From a virus (lineage: Duplodnaviria; Caudoviricetes): 64,000 bases of DNA. The stretch covers positions 32,761-96,760 of the IMG/VR virus record IMGVR_UViG_2887663082_000001, one strand, 5' to 3'. Positions 29,564 through 39,134 of this stretch are shown here, piece by piece. Under the pieces are notes generated by a model. It was not told the origin of the DNA. It did not search any database and was given only the letters and a program-made list of their open reading frames with translations. The translations under genes and the position numbers were made by a program. Within the stretch, counting starts at the first letter, position 1, and each line of letters begins with the position of its first letter.

Positions 29564-29905
29564 TCAGTTACTTTGAATGGTACTGTCTAATTCCGGCTTG
29601 CTGATTGAATAGGAGTTAATCAGTTCGCGTATCCACGCCAGCGTAGGGAGAAATAGCGCCTGCCCCACCGGCAGCGGTTCACTTTCATCTTCCTGACCGC
29701 AAACGAGGGTTATCACCCAGCGCAATTGGTCCGTTTCCCATACGCGCTGGGATATGAGATCTGGGCGGTAGATTTCGTCCTGCGAGATATCGTGAGGAAT
29801 GAGGTCCGAGTCAAAGCTATTGCACTTGGCCACGATGGCCTGGCGCATGTACGCGCGGATAATCGGATCGGATATGTTGCGCTCATCGAGGCGGGAAATA
29901 GTCAC
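29564..29905 (-). CDS. P1 gp26-like baseplate protein (LysM-like)
   Basis: SR.DERNI.DPIIRA..YRPDL..LRWV. Confidence 0.82.
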   Translation of the reverse strand: MTISRLDERNISDPIIRAYMRQAIVAKCNSFDSDLIPHDISQDEIYRPDLISQRVWETDQLRWVITLVCGQEDESEPLPVGQALFLPTLAWIRELINSYSISKPELDSTIQSN

Positions 29906-30549
29906 AGGTAGCGCCCCTTGCCGGTAAGCGAGCTCATGGTGACGGACTTGATGCCAGCCTCCTCAGTAGCGCGCACTATTTTCCGGAGTGGTTCGAGTGG
30001 ATCAGGCGGTGTCTCTACCTTCAGGGATGCGTACATCTGTTCAAGGTATGAAACGCTGGTCACGTTTTGATAAACCGTGCCATAAACGCAAACGAGCAGC
30101 AGGATATGCTCGCTCTTAAGCCGCTCCCAGTCGATTCGGTACACCGTGCGCCCGCTGGTGTCATGGTCCATATCAATGAGGTTCTCAGGGATTGTGTAGC
30201 GCTGGCCTGCACCGGATGTTTTAGGTTTGATGATCGCCTTCTGGATATTCAGCTCTCTATACAGATCCAGCGCTTCAACCAGTATCGGCTTTCCGCTTGT
30301 CCCTGGGTTGGCTAACTGGATATGAACGCCGCCGGTTGAACTGAAGAAGCCGCTACGCTCATCCACCAGCACGTCATAACCATCCTTCTCCATCTTGCGG
30401 ATTATCTCCGGTACGACGTTCTGAAGCCCTTTGCGGTCCGTTGGTAGCGTCTGTTCAGTAAGCAGGGAGAGGTTGCCCCTATGCCAGACAGCTTCTACCA
30501 GCATTGGTTTGGCGGTTGAGAGGGTGATGGCGCATATCGCCTTATCCAT
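29902..30549 (-). CDS. mat: P1 Mat-like particle maturation protein
   Basis: AKPMLVE, VLVDE, YRIDW..EHILL..YGTVYQNV, SLTGK. Confidence 0.8.
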   Translation of the reverse strand: MDKAICAITLSTAKPMLVEAVWHRGNLSLLTEQTLPTDRKGLQNVVPEIIRKMEKDGYDVLVDERSGFFSSTGGVHIQLANPGTSGKPILVEALDLYRELNIQKAIIKPKTSGAGQRYTIPENLIDMDHDTSGRTVYRIDWERLKSEHILLLVCVYGTVYQNVTSVSYLEQMYASLKVETPPDPLEPLRKIVRATEEAGIKSVTMSSLTGKGRYL

Positions 30550-30603
30550 AGTCGGACTCCACTGATGATGAAGTGACTATCTTATAATTAGTATTATCTG
30601 TAA
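30548..30603 (-). promoter_or_regulatory. mat leader: RBS hairpin, -10 TAAGAT and adjoining C1-type operator (30586-30603)
   Basis: AATTAGTATTATCTGTAA; minus-strand stem ATAGTC-ACTTCAT/GTGGAGT-GACTAT. Confidence 0.65.
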
Positions 30604-30781
30604 GGAAGCGCGGAATTTAGACAAGAAAAAGGCTGGTGCTTAACCAGCCTTGTGGGTTTGAGTAAACCATTTCTAATGCAACTACTAGACTGCGTGGATT
30701 GTAGCGCTATGTTGGCGATAGAACCAGTAGCGCTTACGGTTGATGTTATGTTTACGTTTCAAATAAGCTCACAATTAGTAT

Positions 30782-31402
30782 TTATAATCTCTCGATATCG
30801 GCGCGTTTACAGGCCTCTGCCAGTAAATCTTGCTGGGTACCGTTCGAATGCTCGAACTCAGCAGGACCGCCAACGTTACCGTCGGCATGAACCGGTATCA
30901 GCCATGGGTACTCACTTCTCAGTTCAGCCGGTGCTGCTTGCTGGTGGTGGTAAATGCATAATGGCAATACGCGTGAATGGGCTCCCGGCGCGGTGCGGCC
31001 ATCGATATGATGCAGGCTGATTAACGGTGAGTTCTTCCCATGCATCAGGCATGCAATACAGGGTAGGGAACCCAGCTTATCCATTACCCGGCGTTCGGCT
31101 GCGGTCGGGGTGCGTCCTTTACTGCCTCGTGGCTTTACAGCGGTTCGAGTTTTGCGGGACGGCTGAGGGGCGGCGTTACGTTTATGCTCGACGGATGCTC
31201 TGCGCTTCTCTTGGTATTCCGCCGAGCGCAGCCGCGCGATAGTTTTATCCCTCTGGCGCTCCTGCGCTGCACGTGCTTTATCGAATTGCTTCTGACGATA
31301 CTCAGGATCTGCGAGCTTCTCTGCGTTACGTGCCCGCTGGCGTTCAGCAGCTGCGCGCTGTCGTTCCCAATTTTTCTCTTTGGCTTCCTGAGTGAGTTCC
31401 AT
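30782..31402 (-). CDS. ref: Ref RecA-dependent HNH nuclease; likely start ATG 31402
   Basis: Basic N-terminal tail; GRTPTAAERRVMDKLG.LPCIAC..LHHIDGRT..LPLC..HH. Confidence 0.88.
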   Translation of the reverse strand: MELTQEAKEKNWERQRAAAERQRARNAEKLADPEYRQKQFDKARAAQERQRDKTIARLRSAEYQEKRRASVEHKRNAAPQPSRKTRTAVKPRGSKGRTPTAAERRVMDKLGSLPCIACLMHGKNSPLISLHHIDGRTAPGAHSRVLPLCIYHHQQAAPAELRSEYPWLIPVHADGNVGGPAEFEHSNGTQQDLLAEACKRADIERL

Positions 31403-31647
31403 CAGAGCTGGCCCAACCATTTGTAACGCTCTACTTGCTGTTCCGAAGTCATTTTCTCCGCGCCGGTTAACGCTAAAGATATGCGCAGCGAACGTAAATG
31501 GAGTTGCGCCCGTATACCACACATAACATAGCCACCAGGCTGATCTGCCGCGAGGCGGGCTATGTTCTCAGCCGTTACCTGGCGGGTGCAGAATTTGTTG
31601 AATACGGCCACTGCGGTGCGGGTAGGGTACATCAGGGGGTTACTCAT
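31402..31647 (-). CDS. Hypothetical protein
   Basis: RBS AGGAG; stop overlaps the ref start. Confidence 0.6.
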   Translation of the reverse strand: MSNPLMYPTRTAVAVFNKFCTRQVTAENIARLAADQPGGYVMCGIRAQLHLRSLRISLALTGAEKMTSEQQVERYKWLGQL

Positions 31648-31656
31648 GGATTCTCC

Positions 31657-31833
31657 TTAATGATTTTTGCTGCGACGTTTTGGTTTGCGGCGGCGCTTAA
31701 AGCCAGCGCGGATCATTGACTTGATTAGTTCGAGCGTACTGAGCGCCAGGATGATGGTGACAGCGAACTTTATCGCCACCAGCCAACCGGTAAGCGAATA
31801 ATCAAGCGCGATATCGATGTAGTGATTAATCAT
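31657..31833 (-). CDS. Small TM protein with basic C-terminus
   Basis: MINHYIDIAL..TM..KRRRKPKRR; coupled to the upstream gene. Confidence 0.55.
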   Translation of the reverse strand: MINHYIDIALDYSLTGWLVAIKFAVTIILALSTLELIKSMIRAGFKRRRKPKRRSKNH

Positions 31834-32348
31834 GGATAGGGGTGAATGCTTTTCTGATTTATAGGTAGGCAGGGCATGCCTGTTTCGGCATAACTGAGGA
31901 TGCGCCACCGCAAGTCATCGAGATAACCGGTCTGGGCAACGTAATATTCGCGCAAAAGGCGAATGCTGACCGCTTCCGTGACTGTCTTTATATCAATCGG
32001 CCTCGGCTTATCGCCATATGGCGGAACACCGGTAGCATTTAGTAGTTCGCGAGCGCGAAACCAGCATTGGCCAAGGTATTCCTCCGGCAGATTAAAAGTG
32101 AAACCTTGGCCTGCCGGTTCGAGCTGAATATGGTTTTGCCTGGCAAGTGAATGTAGGCGTGAGTTGGTTAAGCCCGGTCGCACCTCCAGGCGCTTGGCCG
32201 ACGGGATGCGTATAGCTTTATCCATCCAATAACCGTCATCAGGCGTTAGGGTGTAGCCAGCGTTTTCCGCCAGCAGGGCCGCGCGCGGCAACTGCCTCAT
32301 GGTGGCGAAGAAAATCGCATGAATTATCTTTTCATTGGTCAGTTTCAT
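31830..32348 (-). CDS. Hypothetical protein
   Basis: 172-aa ORF heading the ref operon. Confidence 0.7.
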   Translation of the reverse strand: MKLTNEKIIHAIFFATMRQLPRAALLAENAGYTLTPDDGYWMDKAIRIPSAKRLEVRPGLTNSRLHSLARQNHIQLEPAGQGFTFNLPEEYLGQCWFRARELLNATGVPPYGDKPRPIDIKTVTEAVSIRLLREYYVAQTGYLDDLRWRILSYAETGMPCLPINQKSIHPYP

Positions 32349-32379
32349 AGTGCTAATAATGACACAAAAATAACGTAAT

Positions 32380-32397
32380 AATTAGTATTATCTGTAA
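32380..32397 (+). promoter_or_regulatory. C1-type operator (AATTAGTATTATCTGTAA)
   Basis: Identical to the copy at 30586-30603. Confidence 0.75.
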
Positions 32398-32581
32398 AGG
32401 GTGCGCGACATGCATTGAAAGTATGAGGGTTAGCGAGGAGTTAATTGCATTGCCTGACTGTCATAAGTGCATTAACATCTACGCGTGCTTTTAGCGATTG
32501 TGATTGATTGATGAAGGCATAAGCCCCTGGTTCGCCGGGGGCTACTCATATCTGCTTTGGTGTGTTCTGAAGAGATAAAAA

Positions 32582-32794
32582 ATGGCTAAAAGACAATACA
32601 GTGTGATGCATCTCTTCCCTAAGCTGGTGGCCATGCTGCGCGGGTCTGAAAATCGCCACTTCAACTATGGTATTAAATGGCTGGAGGAGACGGTCATTAT
32701 CTTCCGGAATGGTGAATACCAGATTATGCCAATAAATTACGTGAAATTTTTCGAACCAAACCAAGAAGAGCTCAACATGTTAGCTGCCCCATAA
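32582..32794 (+). CDS. Small hypothetical protein
   Basis: 70-aa ORF with plausible composition; hairpin upstream. Confidence 0.45.
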   Translation: MAKRQYSVMHLFPKLVAMLRGSENRHFNYGIKWLEETVIIFRNGEYQIMPINYVKFFEPNQEELNMLAAP

Positions 32795-33009
32795 GGGGGC
32801 CGCTGATATCCTACGGTAATCCGCCATGCATGACAGGCGGCTTTGTGCCAGAAGCAGTCTTTGCGCCATTGGGTGGATATTAAATAATGAAGCAGGCCAA
32901 CTTGAATAAACAAAAAAATGTATTTATTCAGGATGATTAAAATGAGAATGAATAGTATATTACTTTTGGTGACCGCCCGCGCGGTCACCTTAGATATGGT
33001 GGCAACCAC

Positions 33010-33978
33010 CTAGATCCTTGTACAATCTTTAAGCTCTTTTTCTAGTTGCTCAACCAAGTCAGAGCAATTTTTTACAACCTCTTTAACTGACTCTGAATTT
33101 AATTCATGAAAATTTCCATCTTTTGTTTTACCTGCTCGATGAACTAAGTCATGCCTGATTAACACGCTTTTATAAACATCTGCGAATATAGGAAATCTAA
33201 TACCAAAAGTATCTCGATACATGCCACTTACTTTTGGTAGATTATGATAAAGCACACTCTTCATAGACTCCATCGCTTTAGATTCTATTTCTTCATATTT
33301 TATAAATAACTCCGAAAGTGAAAAATTTTCTTGATTGTAATCTTTAAAATTTTCAACAAAACTTCTTAAGTTCGCTTGACTACCGTGGGTCAAAGAAATA
33401 AAACGGTCACATAAATATGTTTCCAAAGAAGTTATTATATTGGCATACAGCATATAAGTCATTTGTACTTGTAAAACACTATCAATTTGTAACTGAGCAT
33501 CATTAAGCTTTATGGCGTTCAGCATACTATTTCTGAATGTTATATAGACATCGTGTTCAGATAGATTTCGATCATCAGAAAACTGCATATCAATAACATC
33601 TAGAATACGCTGTTCGATTAATGAAGGCCTATTCAACTGCAATACATCTATAGTCGCCTGCCCTCGCTCAGTTAAACCTTCTAAATATCCATTTTTATTT
33701 TGTTTTATATGTTCTGAAAAACTTTCAATCACAGGATTTAGGAGTAATGGTTTACCATTCTCATCGAGAGGAAACTGATCTCGTTTAATCATGTTACACG
33801 CTCTACAAGCGATGAGCAGATTATTTGTATCCTCCTGGAAGTCAGGATACTTTGATTTTGGTAAAAAGTGCTCAACATCCGCCATCAATGGTTCATAAAG
33901 TCTAGTGCCACAGTAAGCACATTGGTGATTAAACTTCTCCCATAGTTCAAGCTTAAGTGTTCTATAATTCCTGATCAT
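33010..33978 (-). CDS. HNH endonuclease fused to HEPN-like domain (candidate defence effector)
   Basis: CAYC..VEHFLPKS..NL..AC..CN; C-terminal R-x4-H (RHDLVH); AT-rich. Confidence 0.8.
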   Translation of the reverse strand: MIRNYRTLKLELWEKFNHQCAYCGTRLYEPLMADVEHFLPKSKYPDFQEDTNNLLIACRACNMIKRDQFPLDENGKPLLLNPVIESFSEHIKQNKNGYLEGLTERGQATIDVLQLNRPSLIEQRILDVIDMQFSDDRNLSEHDVYITFRNSMLNAIKLNDAQLQIDSVLQVQMTYMLYANIITSLETYLCDRFISLTHGSQANLRSFVENFKDYNQENFSLSELFIKYEEIESKAMESMKSVLYHNLPKVSGMYRDTFGIRFPIFADVYKSVLIRHDLVHRAGKTKDGNFHELNSESVKEVVKNCSDLVEQLEKELKDCTRI

Positions 33979-34199
33979 TCAATAGTTCCTTTATAATTCT
34001 GGTTAGTTATCTATTCGTCAGTTTACGCTAAAGAAACGAGCCTTTAATTGGGTTTAAATTATATCTAAATGTAATCTATTAAGCGATCATATTTAATTAA
34101 TAACAAGAGATAACGTTCAATTCACTGTTTGCGGGTAAATGTAACTTAACGTCCGCTCCTCGCTCAAAGCCGCCTGCCATGACTGTTTAAAAAACAGTC

Positions 34200-34622
34200 C
34201 TAGCGTAACATCCGGATCTTCATGAATGCTATGGCTGCTTCTGCATCCGAAGCGCCAAAGACGCGGTTGACGCCAGCAATGACGGATTCTTCCGTTCTGC
34301 TTAGCCGAGAAAGGATGCTCCGGCATACGTACCGATCTGCATGTGCGATGAAGGCATTAGCGGCTTCCATCGATGGCATATGCCGGTCAACCTGAATTAA
34401 GTGAAGAGGGTGCTCCGCGCCGTAATTCAGTGTGCAGGCAACGACTGGAACCCCGTTCCTGATGCCACTTTGCAGGTGGATATGGACGTTGTTGACTACC
34501 GTAACCTTCTTTATCTGATAAATAAGCACATCATTAGTATAATTAGGACCAGAATAGATCAGGACCATGCGATGCTGCACGATCTTCTTCAAGCACAATT
34601 TCGCGTGCCTTAAGCATACCAA
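34200..34622 (-). CDS. Hypothetical protein (true start probably nearer ~34500)
   Basis: ORF downstream in the cre operon; start uncertain. Confidence 0.45.
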   Translation of the reverse strand: MVCLRHAKLCLKKIVQHRMVLIYSGPNYTNDVLIYQIKKVTVVNNVHIHLQSGIRNGVPVVACTLNYGAEHPLHLIQVDRHMPSMEAANAFIAHADRYVCRSILSRLSRTEESVIAGVNRVFGASDAEAAIAFMKIRMLR

Positions 34623-34890
34623 ACTCTGTCAGTTGATAGGTCTGGATTGGTGGTATCTCATTAAGAGTATGAACTGTTAACAGTCCCTGCAGCTCCAACC
34701 GGGCCAAAGAATTGCGTAAATTCTGCGGCCTGGCCTTTCGACCTCCATAGTGCCCATCGATGTAAGCGGCGATAGCGAGCAAGGTCACAGTTGAAAACTC
34801 ACCTTGCTCAATGTACCTACGACCTATACAAGACAAAGCCAACTTTTGAAGAGTTGAAAGCGCCATTATTGCTTTTCTCCTTGATTTCAC
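34543..34890 (-). CDS. Hypothetical winged-helix-like protein coupled to cre
   Basis: LRNSLARLELQGLL..YQLTEFG wHTH pattern; overlaps the cre stop. Confidence 0.6.
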   Translation of the reverse strand: MKSRRKAIMALSTLQKLALSCIGRRYIEQGEFSTVTLLAIAAYIDGHYGGRKARPQNLRNSLARLELQGLLTVHTLNEIPPIQTYQLTEFGMLKAREIVLEEDRAASHGPDLFWS

Positions 34891-35924
34891 TGCTTCATGC
34901 GTTGGCTGTTAACAATATCGAGCATGACTGATTTGTTAGCATCGATATAACGAATATAGTTCATGACCTGTTCTGGCCGTTTCCATGTTCCCTCATGCAT
35001 GATCTGAGTGAGCTCCGTTCCCTTGAGTGCCATATCCTGTGCTGCACCCACTCGCGGGCTGTGTCCGGTCCAGGTTCTGTAACGGGAGGATTCGAGCGGC
35101 GCACCTTTGACTGCTTCCCAGGCTTTGGCAAAAATCTTCTCTATATTTTTTCCGGCCATCGGCTTGGTGGCTGGGTGGGCGTTACCGTACCGGTCCACTT
35201 TGCCAAAGATGTAAGTGGCATCATCGACAAGACCACTGGCATTAAGCCAATCGCGCAGCCAACCGGCGACGTCCGGGGCCAAAACCTTCACCACACCAAC
35301 CTCATCTTTAATCGTTTTGGTGTAACCAATATCGAGGGTTGCTGAACCATCACGCTGAAAGCGCACATCGCTGATGCGCAGGCGCGCGACTTCAGACATG
35401 CGTAACAATGTGTTGTATGCCACACCCAAAAAAGCGAGGTCGCGCAGCTGCTGAAGCTTGCCGCCAGCCTTGGTAATTTCAGCCAGTTGAAATAGATCGT
35501 CTATGTGTAGCGGGATCGCCTGGTCAACCCGTTCGCCGTTGAGCACCGCCTGGCGGCTAATTTTCTTCATGCCGCGAGTTACCAGAATATGTGATGCCGG
35601 TAGGGCCAGTCCGGCCTCTTTATGCACCTTGTTGATCATGGATTTATGCATTGCGACGGTATTTTTCTTGCGGCCAAGCACATCGCGCAGGTAGATCAGA
35701 TACTCGCGAACATCAGCAGGTTCCGCCGGGAGCCAAACCCTGTCGAACTCTTTACACCATAACCCCCAACTGCGTAGCACGGACTTCATTTGAGCCCAGG
35801 TGTTTTCTGAAGCGGCTTCACGGTCGACGAAGAACATGTGCAAATTTTCTGCAATCCGTTCATCATATTTATCTGCGGTAATCAGCAGCTGGGCATCGGT
35901 CTGGTTAACCGGCAAGTTAGTCAT
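34887..35924 (-). CDS. cre: Cre-family tyrosine recombinase
   Basis: RDLAFLGVAYNTLLRMSE (R), TKT (K), GHSPRVGAAQDM (HxxR), GTW (W), VMNYIR (Y); 345 aa; divergent from c1 as in P1. Confidence 0.95.
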   Translation of the reverse strand: MTNLPVNQTDAQLLITADKYDERIAENLHMFFVDREAASENTWAQMKSVLRSWGLWCKEFDRVWLPAEPADVREYLIYLRDVLGRKKNTVAMHKSMINKVHKEAGLALPASHILVTRGMKKISRQAVLNGERVDQAIPLHIDDLFQLAEITKAGGKLQQLRDLAFLGVAYNTLLRMSEVARLRISDVRFQRDGSATLDIGYTKTIKDEVGVVKVLAPDVAGWLRDWLNASGLVDDATYIFGKVDRYGNAHPATKPMAGKNIEKIFAKAWEAVKGAPLESSRYRTWTGHSPRVGAAQDMALKGTELTQIMHEGTWKRPEQVMNYIRYIDANKSVMLDIVNSQRMKQ

Positions 35925-36184
35925 TGGATCATCTCTTAGGTGCTACGGCGCTGATAGCTAAATTTTAAGAAAACTATCACAACATTAGTATATTTTGTTA
36001 AGTTTTTCGTGGTTCTAAATCAGTTTTTATGAAAACAGCCGTATTTTTCATTGAGCGGTGTAATTGCCCGTTGGAAAACTCAGATTTCACGTAGATGCGC
36101 CTATACCTGAGTAATGCGTGTGGGTATTGGCGATTTTGAAAACTGGCCGATCTGCTTTATTAACCATCCCATTTTACACAAAAA

Positions 36185-36218
36185 CAAAGGTAATATAATG
36201 GGTGTTATATTACTTTTG
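36185..36218. other. Candidate lox-type recombination site (13-8-13)
   Basis: CAAAGGTAATATA-ATGGGTGT-TATATTACTTTTG; arms inverted with one mismatch; lies between cre and c1. Confidence 0.8.
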
Positions 36219-36415
36219 TAACTTCTTGGGGGTAGTTTAAAGCTTGCGCACTGATACGATGAGCTCGCGCCGTGGGGATGGATTTTTGCTGTATCGAACA
36301 AATAACGTACAAATCATACTTAATTTTGATGAATGGGTGTCTCGTACTTTTACCCAGCCCATCGGGATGATATACAACCCAAATTCGAAAAATTGTATGA
36401 CTTTAGGATAGATAA

Positions 36416-36664
36416 ATGGCTAATAGTGATGAAATTCTTCCTCTTAACAGTGAGATAACTACTGCGATTCAGAAACTTCACCTTGATATGACCTCACCCC
36501 GCGCCGTCGCCATCCTCATTAGCCATTTCTGTATTGTTAAGGGCTTGAGCTCTCATCCTGCGGAAGAACGAAAGAATCTTCGAAAAGCCCTCAAGTTTCA
36601 GATAAACACGCATGTTAACCAAAAATATACGTCAACCAACTCTGCTTATGGTCGATTTCTCTGA
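36416..36664 (+). CDS. Small protein in the coi/imc position upstream of c1
   Basis: RBS AGGA; synteny only. Confidence 0.55.
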   Translation: MANSDEILPLNSEITTAIQKLHLDMTSPRAVAILISHFCIVKGLSSHPAEERKNLRKALKFQINTHVNQKYTSTNSAYGRFL

Positions 36665-36731
36665 CAAAATAGACTAAATTCTCCCTTAGTTTTTATCTAA
36701 GGGGCATTGCGCCCATAACCGGAGAATACTG

Positions 36732-37592
36732 ATGTCAGATAGCCGTAAGGGCGAGAACGTCTATAAGGAATTTATAGATTTCCGAGACGCGTTCCTGACA
36801 GATGCTATGGATGAAGCTTCTGCCTGGAGCACGAATAAATTTGGTGAGAGGTTCAGGCCTGTTGTGCTGGTCGCCGCGCGCAGGCTTAAGAAATGGACCG
36901 ATGCAATCGAGCAATGGAAGAAGTACGCCGAAGAACTCAAGAAGTATCCCCAGTTAGGTATCCCTGTTTCACTGTACGAACCAGCCCCAAAGTTCATTTC
37001 TGGGGCAACACGCGTGCGGTGTTATGAGCTGCCTGCGACTGAAGTAAAAAACAAACCTCGTGAGAAAATCCTTGCGGATTATGATCGTGAAATAAAGCGT
37101 TTTGAGTCTATAGACAATACTAATCCATACCTTACGCAGCTGCGTAAAGAGAGAGAAACCTTCGAGGCAATGCCTCCGAAGGCAAAGCTACGTTTACGAC
37201 GCACCGGCTATACCGATCTCAACTGTGCGTATAACACCACAGAAGAAAGCCAGATAATGGTGAGGGTATCAGCATCCGGCGTTTTCTTTGACGAAAGAAC
37301 CCTCGGCCAGGGCTTCACATTTGGCCCTAAAGAGAAAAACACCAGGGCATCGATTTACGCTGAGGTAAGCCCTATTCCTCAATCGCTGTACCCAGGCATA
37401 GACATTTACGATATTGATACCGTTGAGAAAGCAAAAGCGGCACAAAAGAAATATCGCGAAAGTAACGAACAAGAGATCAAGCGTGAACAGTGGGCGCGCT
37501 ACAACAAAAAACGCGCAGCCAAAAATGCGCTGCAGACTGACGCTGAGCATGCGGCCAGTGAGAAAAACCCATCCGGCAGTAGCCAAGACTGA
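36732..37592 (+). CDS. c1: C1-family primary repressor
   Basis: 286 aa; GE..Y.EF..FRD.FL, RPVV and ELKKYPQL.IP match P1 C1 as I recall it; convergent with pacB. Confidence 0.85.
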   Translation: MSDSRKGENVYKEFIDFRDAFLTDAMDEASAWSTNKFGERFRPVVLVAARRLKKWTDAIEQWKKYAEELKKYPQLGIPVSLYEPAPKFISGATRVRCYELPATEVKNKPREKILADYDREIKRFESIDNTNPYLTQLRKERETFEAMPPKAKLRLRRTGYTDLNCAYNTTEESQIMVRVSASGVFFDERTLGQGFTFGPKEKNTRASIYAEVSPIPQSLYPGIDIYDIDTVEKAKAAQKKYRESNEQEIKREQWARYNKKRAAKNALQTDAEHAASEKNPSGSSQD

Positions 37593-37625
37593 TTCAGCCA
37601 CCAGCGCGGTGCTGGTGGCTTGAAC

Positions 37626-39134
37626 CTAACTCACTCTACGTTTACGCAACCATTCCTCGGCTTCTGAGCGTGTCTCTTCCTCTTCATGGTAGGTGTCTTC
37701 GTTCGCCGGGGTAAAGTCCACCAGCTGGGTAAAGCAGTACACGTCCCAGTGGTCCGGAGATTTGATGTTGAGCTTCTCACGCATCTGTTCTTTGGGAACC
37801 ATATACCACTGACCAGCTTCATTTAGCCCGCAAGGGATCTTACAAGCCTGGTCGACGGCCTTCCCGCCCTTATCAAACTTAAGACGTCCCTGCTGTACGG
37901 CCATCTTGGCCATGATGTTTGCGTAGGCTCGTTGGTTGATGAATCGCTCTTTATCCTTCTTGGTGTGCATCTTCTTACCCCAGCGGATACGCTGCGCAAT
38001 GATCCCATGCTTTTCTTCCAGCACATCAGCGGTTGTCGCGCCCACACCATCGCCATCGATGGCGATCTGTATGTTGGGGTATTTTTCCGGGTCACATTCA
38101 CTGAAAATGAAGTCTGCAAAACGTGACGGTGTAACGGTCGCTTCCATCTCTTTGACAAGGTGAGGGACGATGCGCCGGTGTTTCCCGTACCCGGATACCC
38201 TGAAGATCCCCATCACTGATTTGTCACGGCCATTACCGACGTCACAACAGCAGATCCAGCCCCAGCCCATAGCGAGAGGGACTTTACGCCGCTGCGCGCG
38301 CTCACATTCATCACGGCCAAGCAGATAGCCAGACAGAGAACTCGGGAACTCACCACGTACTTTGATCAGATACTCTGGCGACTCCCGGCCACCGTAATCC
38401 ACCAGCTTCTCTCTGATGAACTTCAGGGTTACCAGTGGTGACTCTTCAGAGTTGAGCTTAATCGCATTATAGAGACCTTGCGGATTGGCCTCGGTGCGCG
38501 CCAGGCGGTGATGTGAATCATAGAATTCGCCCGCTGTTCGCGTGGGCTGAGAGATAAGCATCAGCCGGTTATCGTCCTGCGTCAGCGCACCCTTGATGAT
38601 ACCGAAGGCTTTATCTGACACGCCTGATGCTTCATCAATGATGTAAAGCAGGTGTTCTGCGTGCTCACCGGCGAGCGCTTCTTCGTTGCCAAGGCGGAAG
38701 CCCTTAGCGATAACCTCCCAGCTGCCCTTCGATGAATTTTCGTAGAAGGTGACGTCAGCCAGGGTAAAGTATTGATCCAGCCATGGGAAGCGCTTCAGGC
38801 ACTCCTTCCAGTTCTGCCGGATGTATTTAAAGATACCTGTCTTAACCTGCTGTAGCTTGTTGGCCACGATAATGATACGAGACTCTGGGAAGAACATCAG
38901 GTAACACAAAATCATGATGGCAGTCATATCAGACTTACCGGTACCGTGACCAGATGATACGGTTGTCCAGCTGCCGGTTTGCTGCACCGACTCGATAATC
39001 TCCTCTTGCTGCCAGGTGGGGATCTTATTGAACATGACTTCTGCCGCAGATACCCAGTCATATCGGTACCGCTTAACCAGCTCCTGCCAGCGAGGATCTT
39101 CAATGACTGAACGCTTAGTTCTTGCTGCCATCAT
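37626..39134 (-). CDS. pacB: Terminase large subunit
   Basis: SGHGTGKS Walker [10 protein letters not shown] Walker B, DVG and SPDHWD nuclease motifs. Confidence 0.93.
   Translation of the reverse strand: MMAARTKRSVIEDPRWQELVKRYRYDWVSAAEVMFNKIPTWQQEEIIESVQQTGSWTTVSSGHGTGKSDMTAIMILCYLMFFPESRIIIVANKLQQVKTGIFKYIRQNWKECLKRFPWLDQYFTLADVTFYENSSKGSWEVIAKGFRLGNEEALAGEHAEHLLYIIDEASGVSDKAFGIIKGALTQDDNRLMLISQPTRTAGEFYDSHHRLARTEANPQGLYNAIKLNSEESPLVTLKFIREKLVDYGGRESPEYLIKVRGEFPSSLSGYLLGRDECERAQRRKVPLAMGWGWICCCDVGNGRDKSVMGIFRVSGYGKHRRIVPHLVKEMEATVTPSRFADFIFSECDPEKYPNIQIAIDGDGVGATTADVLEEKHGIIAQRIRWGKKMHTKKDKERFINQRAYANIMAKMAVQQGRLKFDKGGKAVDQACKIPCGLNEAGQWYMVPKEQMREKLNIKSPDHWDVYCFTQLVDFTPANEDTYHEEEETRSEAEEWLRKRRVS

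Noticed and set aside
1-30549. Tailocin, eCIS or T6SS interpretation of the sheath/PAAR/spike genes
   Set aside because: Capsid, terminase, C1, Cre and Lpa are present with P1 synteny, so these are phage tail genes.
33010-33978. Retron or Septu effector
   Set aside because: No reverse transcriptase, msr-msd or PtuA-like ATPase nearby.
34139-34157. ATGTAAC on the plus strand as a late promoter
   Set aside because: No -10 box at the 6-nt spacing and no downstream plus-strand gene.
36078-36112. Alternative lox candidate ACTCAG..CTGAGT
   Set aside because: Only about 6 bp of symmetry; 36185-36218 fits 13-8-13 far better.
36416-36664. Calling this gene coi
   Set aside because: The position fits, but the protein lacks the acidic character of P1 Coi and shows no recognisable similarity.
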